A stretch of DNA of 64,000 bases from an uncultured delta proteobacterium. Its GTDB lineage: Bacteria; Desulfobacterota; WTBG01; CAIYCZ01. The notes beneath the pieces were generated by a model, which was not told the DNA's origin, made no database searches, and was given only the letters and a program-made list of their open reading frames with translations. Made by a program: the position numbers and the translations under genes. Below, piece by piece: positions 40,654-52,433 of the stretch (its first letter is position 1; each line of letters begins with the position of its first letter). Where the stretch lies: the NCBI GenBank assembly GCA_963803975.1, contig CAWDOY010000053.1, positions 1 to 64,000 on the forward strand, written 5' to 3'.

Positions 40654-40690
40654 GAAAAAAGCGGAGTCATGCCGGCTCCGCTTTTTGTTT
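40654..40690 (+). terminator. Intrinsic terminator
   Basis: AAAAAAGCGGAGtC..GgCTCCGCTTTTT. Confidence 0.8.
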
Positions 40691-40724
40691 TGCAGGTATG
40701 AATCTTTTGCAGGTTTATTTGCGT

Positions 40725-40753
40725 TTGACACGAGCCGGACCTTTTTCTATACT
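40725..40753 (+). promoter_or_regulatory. Sigma70-type promoter
   Basis: TTGACA-17 bp-TATACT upstream of the ferritin-like gene. Confidence 0.65.
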
Positions 40754-40820
40754 GTATATATATGAATAAAATACACTGCAACGCTGCGACAGGCAGGGAA
40801 CATTAGGGAGGGGTATACCC

Positions 40821-41289
40821 ATGGCAGACAAAAAACTTGAAGAAGTCATTGACTATCGCAATAAAGCGCGAGGAAGAGGCTATCGCCTTTTACCAGGGTC
40901 TTTATAACCGGGTGCAGGATGAAACTGCCAGAGATACGCTGCAGTTTCTTGCCGGAGAGGAGAAAAAGCATAAAGAATTTCTGGTCAGATACCGGCAGGG
41001 AAACTATACCGCTGATGCCCTGAGGATGAGCACGGTGGTCGATTACCGGATTGCCGAACACCTTGAGAAGCCGGACCCTGCGGCAGATATGGAAAGCAAG
41101 GATGTGTACCTGGTGGCGGCGCACCGCGAGCTTGCATCATACAATTTCTACACAGCACTTGCTGCGCTTCACCCTGACGGCGAGCTTAAACAGCTGCTCG
41201 TAAAAATCGCCGGCGAGGAACTGCGGCACAAGGAAAAAGTCGAATACCTCTACGCTAACACCGCGTTCCCGCAGACTGACGGCGGCTGA
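40821..41289 (+). CDS. Rubrerythrin/ferritin-like diiron protein (frameshift near 40854)
   Basis: AIKREEEA..FY..EEKKH and RELAS..FY..EELRH ExxH pairs. Confidence 0.85.
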
Positions 41290-41294
41290 GCTGC

Positions 41295-42123
41295 TTATCG
41301 CAGGCTTCTGCCCAGGGCAACAAAAAGGTCCCTGGTTATTACACCCGGATGCCCTTTCTCTTTGGCGACCTGCTCGCTGAGAGCAATTATTTTGTCAATA
41401 AGCTGCTTCGCCGTCTTGCCTGTCAATGAGCACATCCGCAAGCGCCTGTATGGTGTGGGCGCACCACAGGCCCTTTCCTTTAAGGTGCTTTTTCACCGTA
41501 TCGACCAGCGCAAACTCCTCTATCACCTGTACTTCGCACTGCTTTGCAAAATCAGTGCTGCACAGCAGGCATGCTGCCGCGTGGCTCATGGCAAGCTCTT
41601 TGGGCTCAGGAGGATTTTCCTGCACCTGCCGGTAGCTGAAATCCTTTGCCAGGTCAGCAAAAGCTCTGGTCGTATTGATCGTGGTAATGCCTTTTATGCC
41701 CTGCTGCCTTGTTATTTCCTCGGCACGCTTCTGCACTTTTTTGCCCGTTTCAAAGGAAACCGTCCCGTCAGACATTGACGAGCTCAGGATGAAGCGCGCA
41801 TGGCAGCACCAGTGCATGGTCTCTGTTTCAATGACATCGTCATGATAGACCCCGCTTATATCCAGCTCGGCACGGCATATCTCGGAGAGCTTCGGCGGGC
41901 AGTAGCCGCACATTTTAATATAGTCGTTGGAATACTTCGGCACCCATTTCTGTTCGTCCGGCTTGAATGCATCGCCGTATTGTTTAAAGAACTCCTTCCT
42001 GCTCATCGAATTCCGGAACGTTTCAAAACAGGTGGTTGAGCAAAACACCAGGTCTTTAAGCTCAATAAATTTCATTACCAGGTCTTTCCCGCACTGGTGA
42101 CACAGTATTTGATCATCACTCAT
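41295..42123 (-). CDS. Uncharacterised Cys/His-rich protein (TRASH/MYM-like finger + duplicated CxxC..C..WC(C/A)H domain); frameshift near 41400
   Basis: CHQC..FCSTTC; CGYC..C..WCCH; CLLC..C..WCAH; shifted frame ends VALGRSLR. Confidence 0.7.
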
Positions 42124-42198
42124 GAGTAATTCTCCTGTGGAAAAGGGGGTATCCCCGATAAGAAAGGGGCATCCCCGCTCTTGTGAAGTGATTATGTA

Positions 42199-43014
42199 TC
42201 ATTTGATGGACCGGCCGAGCGCCAGGTAGTGGATGCGGAAATGCCCGCCCTTATACTCCTTTTCCTTCATAACCTTGCGCGATTTATCAATCAGCTTTTT
42301 TATCTTACCCATGTCAACGTTCGGGTTCAGAAGCATTGATGACATCTCATAGCGCATGTGACCGCAGTAGGGAAAATCAAGCAGCGCTTCTACCTGCGGC
42401 AGGTTCTTCTCGGCCTCCTCGGTCTCCCGCAGGCATTCATCCATGAACTTTTTGTCACACTGCACGCAGGCAAGATAGTGGTCATGCTCTTCTGCAGGCG
42501 GCGGAGGCGGGACGTCCGGATACGGGGCGTAGCTGAAGTCTTCCATCAGCTCACCCGTTGCCATGGCCAGCGTTACCGTGCTCACCCCGGCATTGCCGCG
42601 CTCGCGGGCAATCTCTTCAGCTTTTTTTATGACCTTCTGGACGACGTCCCGTGTGACCGAGCCATCAGAGAGCATGCAGCTCAGCGCATAGATGGCATGG
42701 CAGCACCAGCGCATGGAGATATCATCGTGCAGCTCCTCAAAATAGGCGCCGCAAAACGGGCGCACCTCGCGGCATTTGAGCACCAGCGGGCATTCCTGGC
42801 AGGTGCTCATGAAGCGGTCAACGACCGGCCCGAGAGCGGCAAAATCTATTTTCTCCAGGTCCAGGTTTTCCATGCGCTCGCGTCCCTGCTCGGCACAGTA
42901 TACCGAGCAGTGGAAATTTCCCATGCGCTTGATGGGGGTCTTCGTTATTGCCTTGCCGCACACCGCGCAGTTTTGCTGCTCAGCAGCTTCAGTTTTCTGT
43001 TTCTGCTTTTCCAT
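42199..43014 (-). CDS. Paralog of 41295-42123, Cys/His-rich uncharacterised protein
   Basis: CAVC..HCSVYC; CQEC..WCCHA; CVQC..C..YCGH; ends LALGRSIK. Confidence 0.75.
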   Translation of the reverse strand: MEKQKQKTEAAEQQNCAVCGKAITKTPIKRMGNFHCSVYCAEQGRERMENLDLEKIDFAALGPVVDRFMSTCQECPLVLKCREVRPFCGAYFEELHDDISMRWCCHAIYALSCMLSDGSVTRDVVQKVIKKAEEIARERGNAGVSTVTLAMATGELMEDFSYAPYPDVPPPPPAEEHDHYLACVQCDKKFMDECLRETEEAEKNLPQVEALLDFPYCGHMRYEMSSMLLNPNVDMGKIKKLIDKSRKVMKEKEYKGGHFRIHYLALGRSIK

Positions 43015-43049
43015 AGGAGTGATTCCCTGCTTTCAGTGCCGGGTTCGGG

Positions 43050-43361
43050 TTATTTTTTATCCGGCTTCATGGGGACGAGATTCATCCCGCACTTGGGGCA
43101 TTTGCCGGGCTTGTCTGATATTACGTCCGGATGCATGGGGCAGGTATATTTCACCGCAGGCTCCTGATTTTTTGCCACCAGGTCCATGCCGCACTTGGGG
43201 CACTTGCCGGGCTTGTCCATTATTACATCAGCATCCTCGGGCATGGGGCAGGTGTAGGAAACTTTTCCCTGCGCTGCCTGCGAAGTCGTTACCGCACCTG
43301 CTGCGAGCAGCACTAGAGCTGCACAGGTAACAGCAATAATAATGACTACCTGTTTTTTCAT
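43050..43361 (-). CDS. Periplasmic heavy-metal-binding-domain (YxCPMH) protein, two repeats
   Basis: Signal peptide; YTCPMPED..PGKCPKCGMDL and YTCPMHP..PGKCPKCGMNL. Confidence 0.88.
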   Translation of the reverse strand: MKKQVVIIIAVTCAALVLLAAGAVTTSQAAQGKVSYTCPMPEDADVIMDKPGKCPKCGMDLVAKNQEPAVKYTCPMHPDVISDKPGKCPKCGMNLVPMKPDKK

Positions 43362-43516
43362 AAGAACCTCCTTGTTAGTTGTGTTTGTTATAAAGTGCCG
43401 CAGAGAACACCGGAGCAGTCCGTGCCTTTCTAATTTGACGAGGGGGCAACAAATCAAAAGAACACATGCGCTCCTTCGTGAACTCTGTGGCGTATCCTAT
43501 TTAGTAGCACATTCTA

Positions 43517-46500
43517 TTATATGTTTTTACACTCCGTGTTTCTTTTCCAGAGCAGATAGATTGCCGGATACACCAGCAGCTCCATTAGAAACGAGGTAAA
43601 CAGGCCGCCTACCATGGGCGCGGCGACGCGCTTCATGACGTCAGCCCCGGCTCCTATAGACCACATGATGGGCATGAGGCCCATGGCTGCGGCGGCCACG
43701 GTCATCATCTTGGGACGGATGCGCTTTACCGCGCCGTGGATGATCGCTTCATGCAGTTCGGCCATGTTTCTGAGCTTATTATTCTTTTTTGCCTCATCAT
43801 AGGAAAGATCCAGAAACAGGAGCATAAACACGCCGGTCTCCGCGTCAAGCCCCATGAGGGCGATCATGCCGACCCAGGCGGCAATGGATACATTATAGCC
43901 CAGGAAGTACATGAGCCACACCGCGCCCACCACCGAGAAGGGCACCGCCAGCATGACCACCGCTGCCTTGAACGCGGACTTGGTGTTCATATACAGCAGC
44001 ATGAAGATAAGGAAGATGGTCACCGGCACCACAACTTTCAGGCGCTCGCGCACCCTGAGCATATTTTCATACTGGCCGCTCCAGATAAGGGAATACCCGG
44101 TCGGCAGAGCTACATTCTGCATAACCGCTTTCTTGGCCTCATCCACATAGGAGCCCACATCCCGGTCAGCTATGTCCACAAATACATAGCCGGCAAGCAT
44201 GCCGTTTTCATCACGGATCATGCTCGGGCCCGAGATTGAGCGTAACTTCAGCCAGTTCAGCCATGGGGACCTGGATGCCATTCTTTGTGGTCACCAGGAC
44301 CCGCTGCAGCTGGTCGAGGTTGGCCCGCAGATCGCGCGGGTAGCGCAGGTTTATGGTATAGCGCTCGCGGCCTTCAACGGTGGTGGAAACGGTTTCGCCG
44401 CCGATAGCGTACATGATGACGTTCTGCAGATCTTCGATGGTGAGGCCATAGCGCGCAAGAGCTTCCCGCCGGGGAGTGAAATCCACAAAATAGCCGCCGG
44501 CCACACGCTCGGCATAGACGCTCCGGGTACCGGGAATGGCCTTGACAACTTTTTCAATGGCTTCGCCGGTGCTCTGGATTTTGCTGAGGTCGGCCCCGAG
44601 GATTTTTATCCCGATAGGCGTCCGCACGCCGGTGGAGAGCATGTCAATGCGGCCCTTAATCGGCATGGTCCAGGCATTGGTGTTGCCGGGGATCTGAATG
44701 GCCTGGTCCATCTCGTTGATGAGTTCATCATAGGACATGGTGTCAGGCCAGATGCGGCGAAATGCTGCTTTGAGCCATCCGGGGGCCCAGGATGAGTACC
44801 AGCGGTCTTTTGCGCGCCACTCAGAATGGGGCTTGAGCACCACGGTTGTTTCCATCATGGAAAACGGGGCCGGGTCAGTGGAACTTTCAGCTCGCCCGGC
44901 CTTGCCGAACACTGAGACCACTTCCGGGAAACTTTTTATGATGCGGTCCTGGGTTTCCAGGAGCTTCTGCGCCTCGGTGACGGAAATGCCGGGAAGGGTT
45001 GTCGGCATATACAGAATTGTGCCTTCATTGAGCGGCGGCATGAACTCATGGCCCAGTCTTAGGTAGACGGGTACCGTGGTTGCAACTATAATGATGGCCA
45101 GGGCAATGACTTTCTTTGGATGTCTGAGCACAAGCCGGCATGGTTTTTCGTACAGCGCGAACAGGATGCGGCTGATTGGGTGCTTCTCCTCCGGATAGTA
45201 TTTGCCGACAAAAAGCGCGTTCATGATCGAGGCCAGAGGCCGCGGTTTTATCTGGAACGGGTCCATCCGCGCAAAGAGCATGCGCACGGCCGGGTCAAGG
45301 GTTACCGCCAGCAGGGCAGCTATCGCAATGGCAAAGGTCTTGGTGTAGGCGAGCGGCGTGAACAGCCGGCCCTCCTGGTCCACCAGGGTAAAGACCGGAA
45401 GAAATGAGACCGCAATCACCGCCAGGGAGAAAAATACCGAGGGCCCCACTTCAAGGAGGGCTTCCAGACGTATCTTGTGAAAGTCGCCTTTGCGGCCTCC
45501 CTCCTGCCAGAGCTCAAGCTTTTTGTAAGCGTTCTCGACCTCCACAATAGCGCCATCCACCAGCACACCGATGGAAATGGCGATGCCGGCAAGGCTCATA
45601 ATATTTGAGGTAATGCCCCATAAGTACATGGGAATAAAGGAGAGCAGCACTGATATGGGTATGGTGATGATGGGAACAATAGCCGAGGGAAAGTGCCAGA
45701 GGAAGAAGAGAATGACCAGGCTGACGATGATCATTTCCATGATCAGCTCTTCCTTAAGGTTATCAATTGATTTCTGGATAAGTTCCGAGCGGTCATAGGC
45801 GGTGACGACCTCAACACCTTCCGGGAGCGATGCTTTCAGCTCTTCAAGTTTGCCTTTGACTCGATGGATAACATTCAGCGCATTTTCCCCGTGGCGCATA
45901 ACAACGATGCCGCCCACGGCATCGCCTTCACCGTTGAAGTCAAGCACGCCCCGGCGGATCTGCGGCCCCAGTGCAATAGTAGCAACGTCTTTCAGCAGCA
46001 CCGGGGTGCCCTTTTCGTTTGTTTTAACCACCACCTTGTCCAGGTCAGCAGTGGATTTCACATAGCCCTTGCCCCGCACCATGAATTCGGTGCCGGACCA
46101 TTCAATGAGCCTGCCGCCCATTTCGTTGTTGCTCTTTTTAATTGCTTCGGCCACTTCCATGAGAGACAGCCGGTAGCTCTGCAGCCGGTTGGGATCGATG
46201 GTCACCTGGTACTGCTTCTGAAATCCGCCGATGCCTGCCACCTCTGCCACCCCGGGAACGCTCTGCAGGGCATAGCGCAGGTACCAGTCCTGAAAAGTCC
46301 GCAACTGCGCGAGGTCGTGTTTGCCGCTCTTGTCCCGCAGCACGTACTGGAAAATCCAGCCCACGCCGGTGGCATCAGGGCCCAGTTCGGTTTTGGACCC
46401 TGCCGGAAGACTGCCCTGGATTTTGGAGAGGTATTCAAGCACCCGGCTCCGGGCCCAGTAAATGTCGGTGCCGTCCTGGAAGATGACATAGACATAGGAG

Positions 46501-46767
46501 AAGCCGAAGTCGGAAAAGCCCCGAATGGCTTTGATGCCGGGGGTGCCCAGGAGTGCCGCGATAATCGGGATAGGTGACCTGGTCTTCAATGATGTCAGGG
46601 CTTCTGTCCCAGCGGGTGTATACTATGACCTGGGTGTCTGACAGGTCAGGTATGGCATCCAGGCGTATCTGCTTGAGGGTGTACACAGCGGCGACCACTG
46701 CCACTGCCACCAGCAGAATGACCAGGACGCGGTTGTTCGCTGAGAACTCAATAATTTTTTTTATCAT
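43517..46767 (-). CDS. cusA: CusA-type Cu(I)/Ag(I) RND efflux permease (frameshifted)
   Basis: LDAIPDLSDTQVI, GPDATGVGW; Met-triad contexts LYMPTT, PFSMMET, RIDMLSTG; RIRPKMMT. Confidence 0.92.
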
Positions 46768-48306
46768 TGCCCGCCCCCGGTAACAGCCTGGAGGGCTGCC
46801 TTCAGAGAGGATTCAGAATCGACGAGGAAGTTGGCGGAGGTTACAACCCGTTCTCCCGGCCTGAGACCCGAGAGCACTTCAAAATAACCTTCGCTGCGAA
46901 TCCCGATGGTGACCTCGACGGGTTTGATTTCATCGCCCTCGCCTGCGACAAAGACATAGCTGCGTGTGCCGGTGCGCATAACTGCTGATTCCGGAACTGC
47001 CGGCTTCCGCCCCAGATCATAATTCAAGCGGGCATCACCATACATGTCGCCCTTCAGCAGCAGTTCAGGATTGTTTATAATGAGCCGCGCCTTGAGCGTG
47101 CGGGTCTGGGGATCAAGATACGGAAACAGGAAACTGACGTTCCCCGGAAAGCTTTTGCCGGGCCAGTAGGAAAGGGAGAACGTCACCGGCATCCCCACTT
47201 TCACATAGGGCAGGTCTGATTCATAAATGTCTGCTTCTGCCCAGACTACTGAAAGGTCAGCCACTACCATAAGAAGCTCTCCCGGCATGATTTTCTGGCC
47301 GGGCAGGACCTTTTTCTCAATCACATAGCCGCTTGACGGCGCGTACAGGGTGAGATACTTTTCCACCTCGCCTGTTTCTTCGAGCCGGTCAATCTGCTGC
47401 TTGCTGATGTCCCAGAGTTTCAACCGCTTGCGTGCAGAGTCAATCAGCTTTTTCCCGCCTTCGGCAATGGAGGCATCAGCACTGTGGGATAAATTTTTTG
47501 CAATAGTGACGGCAGTCAGATATTCCTGCTGTGAAGAAACCAGTTCCGGGCTGTATACCGTGAGCAGTGGCTGGCCTTTTTTTACTTCCTGACCGGTTAC
47601 ATTCACATACAGCTTATCAACATATCCGTCTATCTTGGTCGTGACCGTGAACATCCTGGTTTCATCCGGAACAATGCGCGCCGAGGTTCTCAGTTCTTTT
47701 ACAATATCTCTTATCTCCACGGTCCCGAAGGTGAGCCCCATATGTTTTCTGTGGTAGTCATTGATATTCACGGCGGCTAATCCTGATGGTGTGCCCGAGG
47801 ACTTTTCTTCCGTCTCAAACGGCACCATGTCCATGCCCATGGAATCCTTGCCCGGTTTATCGCTCACCTCGTTGGGATTCATGGTGGAGCGGTACATGGT
47901 TTTTTTAACCGGGGCCGTGCCTGCTGCCGGGGCAGTCTTCTTCTGTTCCACCAGGCGCATGCCGCAGATGGGACAGTCGCCGGGCTTGTCCGAGGTAATC
48001 TGCGGGTGCATGGGGCAGGATGTACAGTCTTTTTCTGCGCGGCTGCAGCAGTGGTACTGTTTTTACCCTGCGGCGCAGCGCTTACTTTCTGTTCCACCAG
48101 GCGCATGCCGCAGATGGGGCAGTCGCCGGGTTTGTCAGAAGTAATCTGCGGGTGCATGGGGCAGGCGTAGAGTTTTTTGTGCTGGTGCTCAGCCTGTTCG
48201 CTTTTTGCCTGATTCTGCGGCCCTGCCTGCTGCTGACATGAAGTAAATAGAAAAGCAGACACCAGCACAAAGACATAAACCATAACGTGTAATTTTATCT
48301 TTTCAT
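46764..48306 (-). CDS. cusB: CusB-type RND membrane fusion protein with N-terminal CPMHP metal-binding repeats (frameshifted)
   Basis: Two CPMHPQITSDKPGDCPICGM units, YRSTMNP..PGKDSMGMDM, YSPELVSSQQEYL, NFLVDSES. Confidence 0.9.
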
Positions 48307-48323
48307 GGTAAAGTCTCCCTTTT

Positions 48324-49728
48324 CTACTTATGGCCGGTATGATCATGCTGTGCTGCACTGTCAGCATTGGCTGCGGTTCGAAACAATCTTTTTCCCACCA
48401 CCACTTCAAGATCAGAGAGCTCCTTTTCATAATCCGCAAGCAGCTCGCTTGACTGGGTCTCGAAATTACAGAGCGTAATCTGGGCGTCAATAAGGGCAAG
48501 AAAATCAACGGAGCCGACTTCGTAGGCTGAAAGCGCAGAGTTCAGCGACTGCGTTGCCTGGGGGATGATGCCGGTCTGGTACAGCTGTATAAGACTTGCA
48601 GACCTTTGCGCTTTCGCCACATGATCATGGATCTTGTACGCGATTTCGTTTTTTACGGCAGCATATTGAGACTTGGCTTCCTCCATCTGGTGGAATGTTT
48701 CAGCGACCTTTTTGTCCTGCTTGTTTTTAAACCACAGGGGAATTTTAAAGCCCACGAAAAATGAAAATACATCGGGACGATCAAATGACTGCCCGGGGAC
48801 TTTAACCAGTGCGTCAGAAGTTGTTCCATTTTCATTCAGGACCGCTCCGGGTAAAATACCGCCTGGTTCCCGGTAGCCCTCACGCTGTCCATACATGGCA
48901 GTTACATTTACACTGGGGAAGTACTGCTTTTTTGACAGCTTATAATCAGCTTCGTTTTTTGCAATCACGTTCTGCAGGCTTTGCAGAACCGGGTTTTGCG
49001 CCAGCGCCATGTTCCGAAGCTCTGCCTCGTTGATGGCTACGGTTCTTTTTGTTACTGACAGGAACGCCGTCCAGCGGGGCTGACGGCTCGCGGTTGAGGA
49101 GCCGGTTCAGCTCTGCGATATATGATGTTTTCTTCTGCTCAAGCTCAACCAGGCGCTCAATAAATTTTGACTGCTCCACCTGGGCCTTGAGGATGTCCTG
49201 CTGCAGGCCTTTGCCGACCTCATATTTTTTTTGCGCAATTTCCACAAACTTTGCCATCAGGCCCTTATTCTTCTCCGCAGTCTGCATGTGCGCGTAATTG
49301 ATATACAGATCATAGTAGGCGGTTTTTACATCCCTGATGAGCTTTAGCTTGCCGTCATCAAGCAGCCTGTCAGAGCTTTTGGCCTCCTGGATTGCCATTT
49401 TTTCCTTCAGCGATGTAATGCCCGGCATCGGTATGTTCTGGCTGATGGCAATCTGCTTCATCGTCATGTCGATCTCGTTGAATTTGAAGTTATCGGTGTT
49501 CAGATTGGCAACGCCGAAGGCCAGCTCCGGGTCATCCCAGGATTTTTCCTGGGGCGGCCGCTGCCACATGGCATTGCGTTTCTGCTGCAGAGCCGATATT
49601 TCAGGATTTGCCTTCAAGGCTTCCTGTATCAGCTGCTCAAGGTCCAAGCTGTTTTGCCCCTGGCAGTTCACCGAGAATTGAAATAATAATAAAATGCCGC
49701 TAAGGGTTATTATGACTGCTCGTTTCAT
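48324..49728 (-). CDS. TolC/CusC-family outer membrane efflux protein (frameshifted)
   Basis: EALKANPEI, WDDPEL, Y.VGKGLQQDILKAQ, AYEVGSVDFLALIDAQ; directly upstream of cusB. Confidence 0.88.
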
Positions 49729-49829
49729 AGATTATATTCCCCCTTATTGGGTTTTCTGGATGGCCCTGAGAAACAGTATGATAGCTGAAATGTATGCATA
49801 GTTATCAACTCATCGATGGGCATCTATAT

Positions 49830-50276
49830 TTACATTGTACTATCAAACAGCTGAAAGCCATAAAAAACGTAGGGGTTTATATCGGTATAATCTATGAGAA
49901 AAAATCCAACCCCGAAAATATAGGGATTAAAGTTTATACCGGTCATTGCAGAATATACATCAATCGACTCAAAACCCATGCGCACCCCCACCGCAAAGTA
50001 ACTAGCGACGAAACCCCCCGGCACCGCAAAGTATAAACCGTGCCCGTCAATCATTTCTACGTCAACCCCGCCGCCATCAGTGAATGTTACGTGTGAGTGG
50101 GTTAATCCTGCTTCATCCAGATCTCTAAAGTTATTATTGGGAAATGTCAGAAAATACAGTGCATATTTGTTCCCTTTTACCGTGTTGTCCTGCGCCAGGG
50201 CGCTGCCGGCAAAAGCCGCCGTCAGCAGCAGCGAGCAGAGGCAAAAAACAATTCTTCTGCTACCTCCTTTATTCAT
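49830..50276 (-). CDS. Hypothetical secreted aromatic/beta-rich protein
   Basis: AGGAGG RBS, signal peptide ending SALA-QD. Confidence 0.6.
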   Translation of the reverse strand: MNKGGSRRIVFCLCSLLLTAAFAGSALAQDNTVKGNKYALYFLTFPNNNFRDLDEAGLTHSHVTFTDGGGVDVEMIDGHGLYFAVPGGFVASYFAVGVRMGFESIDVYSAMTGINFNPYIFGVGFFLIDYTDINPYVFYGFQLFDSTM

Positions 50277-50333
50277 CCTGAACCTCCTGATTAAGCATTA
50301 TGACTGCAAGGCCCCTTTTTACTGAGTGTATGG

Positions 50334-50630
50334 TCAGCGGTTTCTCATGCCGTGATTCCCGCCGTCGCCGTTCCACATATTATTCCAGTTGTCCTGCATT
50401 TGCTCGCGCCGGTTCTGCTGCCGGTTTCTCATATCGTCCCATCCATCCTGCCAGCGCTCCTGCCTGTTGTTCCAGTTATTGCGCCAATGGTCACGGCGGT
50501 TGTCCCAGTTATTACGCATGTTGCTGAATTGCTTATTCCCGTTGCGATGGCCTCCGTCTCTGGCATAAGAGGGAATCACCCATAATAAACTCAGGGTAAG
50601 TATGAGTATGATTAGTTTGAGATGTTTCAT
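50334..50630 (-). CDS. Small secreted Asn/Arg/Trp-rich low-complexity protein
   Basis: AAGGAG RBS, signal peptide, NWDNRRDHWRN/NWNNRQERWQD repeats. Confidence 0.65.
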   Translation of the reverse strand: MKHLKLIILILTLSLLWVIPSYARDGGHRNGNKQFSNMRNNWDNRRDHWRNNWNNRQERWQDGWDDMRNRQQNRREQMQDNWNNMWNGDGGNHGMRNR

Positions 50631-50712
50631 GGGATCTCCTTAACAATAGGTTTGTGGATTTCCCCGGCATGGCCGGGGAAATCCACGCCAATCCTGTTTA
50701 ATCAGCATCTGT

Positions 50713-51181
50713 TTAATAATATAAATAGGGAAGCTGCTGGGAACTTTTGTAGTTGCCCTGGTTATCAAGAATCACCAGGTAGGTTCCATTGTCTGCCCCG
50801 GTACTGCGTAATAATCTCGGGAATTTTATCTCCATCGAGATCAGCGATGTCTATCCCTGATGCCCGTACGTAAAACTGATTCGTTTGGCCGGGAATTTCC
50901 GGAAGCAGCTTTGAAGTTTTCACCTTTCCCGTATTATCAAGAATGAGCAGATAAGACCCGCCGGCAATGGATGTTATTTCCGGAACACCATCGCCGTTTA
51001 AGGTCTGCTGCCTTGAACTGGTTCATCATGCCGCCGCTTCCTCCCATCATTCCGCCTTGCCGCCACCACCGGGCCCGCCGCCCATCATATTATTTGCTCC
51101 CGCACTCCAGGCACAGGGCAGTATTGCCAGCATGAGTGCCAGTGTCAAAAACGCGGTTAATTTAATTGAACATGTTTTCAT
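50713..51181 (-). CDS. Secreted Met/Gly-rich protein with two FG-GAP-like DxDGD loops (frameshifted; absent from ORF track)
   Basis: Hand translation: MKTCSIKLTAFLTLALMLAILPCAWSAGANNMMGGGPGG..MMGGSGGMMNQF..DLNGDGVPEI..DLDGDKIPEI. Confidence 0.65.
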
Positions 51182-51360
51182 GATTATCTCCTTTTGCTTG
51201 AATAGGGGGTCTTAAACCAGCAACAAGACCCCTGGTTGAACCTTTAGCACAATTGTTTAATGTAATTAAAGTGGAAATCTTTAAAATTGGAATAAAAACG
51301 CTGCTCTGCTGATCATGAATAACCTGCTGTAAAAACAGGGCAGACGGGTGGTGTTTGATA

Positions 51361-51784
51361 TTACAGGAGAAGACAGGAGTTTTTAAGGAATAGCGGGGGA
51401 GGTAAGGAAAGATGCCCGTCGTAGGATTTGGTAACAGCGGCAGCTGAAAAAAAGCTCATATTTCCTGCCGGGAGACTATGCCCCAAACCTGATGCGAGCT
51501 TCTTTTTCTGAGAACCATCGGTGCTGCTTAAAAGAAAGTTATTGCCGACAGTTACTGGTGTTTTGTTGTCGCATTTGTTGAAGTCACACGTGCCATCAGC
51601 GCTGTCTTTTTGCAGACTGCCGAAAGAGGGTCCGGACGGGCCCTTGCTACTGCAGTCGCACATGCACACCGAGCCTTTGCAGCAGGAGCAGCAGGGACGC
51701 CTGTTTTGTCTGCGCCGGGACGTATGTTGAAAAAACAATTCCCGAAATGGCCAGAAGCAGTAATAGTATCTTTATAAATTTCAT
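51361..51784 (-). CDS. Cys-rich leader-type small protein at the head of the Cus operon (frameshifted)
   Basis: MKFIKILLLLLAISGIVF.. signal; CCSCCKGSVCMCDC; C-terminal LPPPLFLKNSCLLL. Confidence 0.6.
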
Positions 51785-51949
51785 GCTGATTGCTGATTTT
51801 AACGAACTATCGCAGTAACCTGTTTCAGTTATGTAACCTATAATTTTAAACCATGCTCAAAAGAAAAACCTGCGCTTGCGGAAAAATTATTATTCAAACG
51901 TGGCAGAAAAGACTGTTGACAGCTATTCGGTAATATATTAATTATTAAT

Positions 51950-51966
51950 ATACCCCATGGGGGTAT
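51950..51966. promoter_or_regulatory. CsoR operator between divergent promoters
   Basis: ATACCCCATGGGGGTAT C/G-tract pseudo-palindrome; TTGACA on both strands nearby; immediately upstream of csoR. Confidence 0.88.
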
Positions 51967-52006
51967 GTCAAGGCAAAAAATAAAAATGCTATAAAAAGGA
52001 AGCGGT

Positions 52007-52288
52007 ATGATCAATGCGACGGTAAAAAAGGATTCCTTAAACCGGCTGAAACGCATCGAGGGACAGGTGCGCGGCATTATGCGCATGGTGGACAGCGGGG
52101 AGTACTGCATCGACATTATAAACCAGATAACCGCTGCGCAGAAAGCTCTTGACAGCGTCTCAAAAAATGTCATGAAGCGCCACGTGGAAAGCTGCGTCAG
52201 TGAAGCCATCCGCCGCAATGGCGGAGAAAAAATGATCAATGAGCTTATTCAGACCGTATTTAAATACAAGAGCAAAGGCACCCGCTGA
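52007..52288 (+). CDS. csoR: CsoR-family copper-sensing repressor
   Basis: RLKRIEGQVRGI, YCIDI..Q, HVESC (C-H-C fingerprint). Confidence 0.93.
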   Translation: MINATVKKDSLNRLKRIEGQVRGIMRMVDSGEYCIDIINQITAAQKALDSVSKNVMKRHVESCVSEAIRRNGGEKMINELIQTVFKYKSKGTR

Positions 52289-52433
52289 AAAAACATAACC
52301 GCAGGCAGAGTGTGTAAGGAGTGGAAGCGTTAAGGAGCCGCGAGAGTAGAGTTTCTAACTCCTAAACTCTCGACTCCAAACTCATAAAGCTTTGCTCTGT
52401 GGTTTAATACTTTTAATGGAAAGGACGACAGCC

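Noticed and set aside
40806..40820. Second CsoR operator before the ferritin-like gene (GGGGTATACCC)
   Set aside because: Only a half-site in the right arrangement, and it overlaps the Shine-Dalgarno sequence; insufficient support
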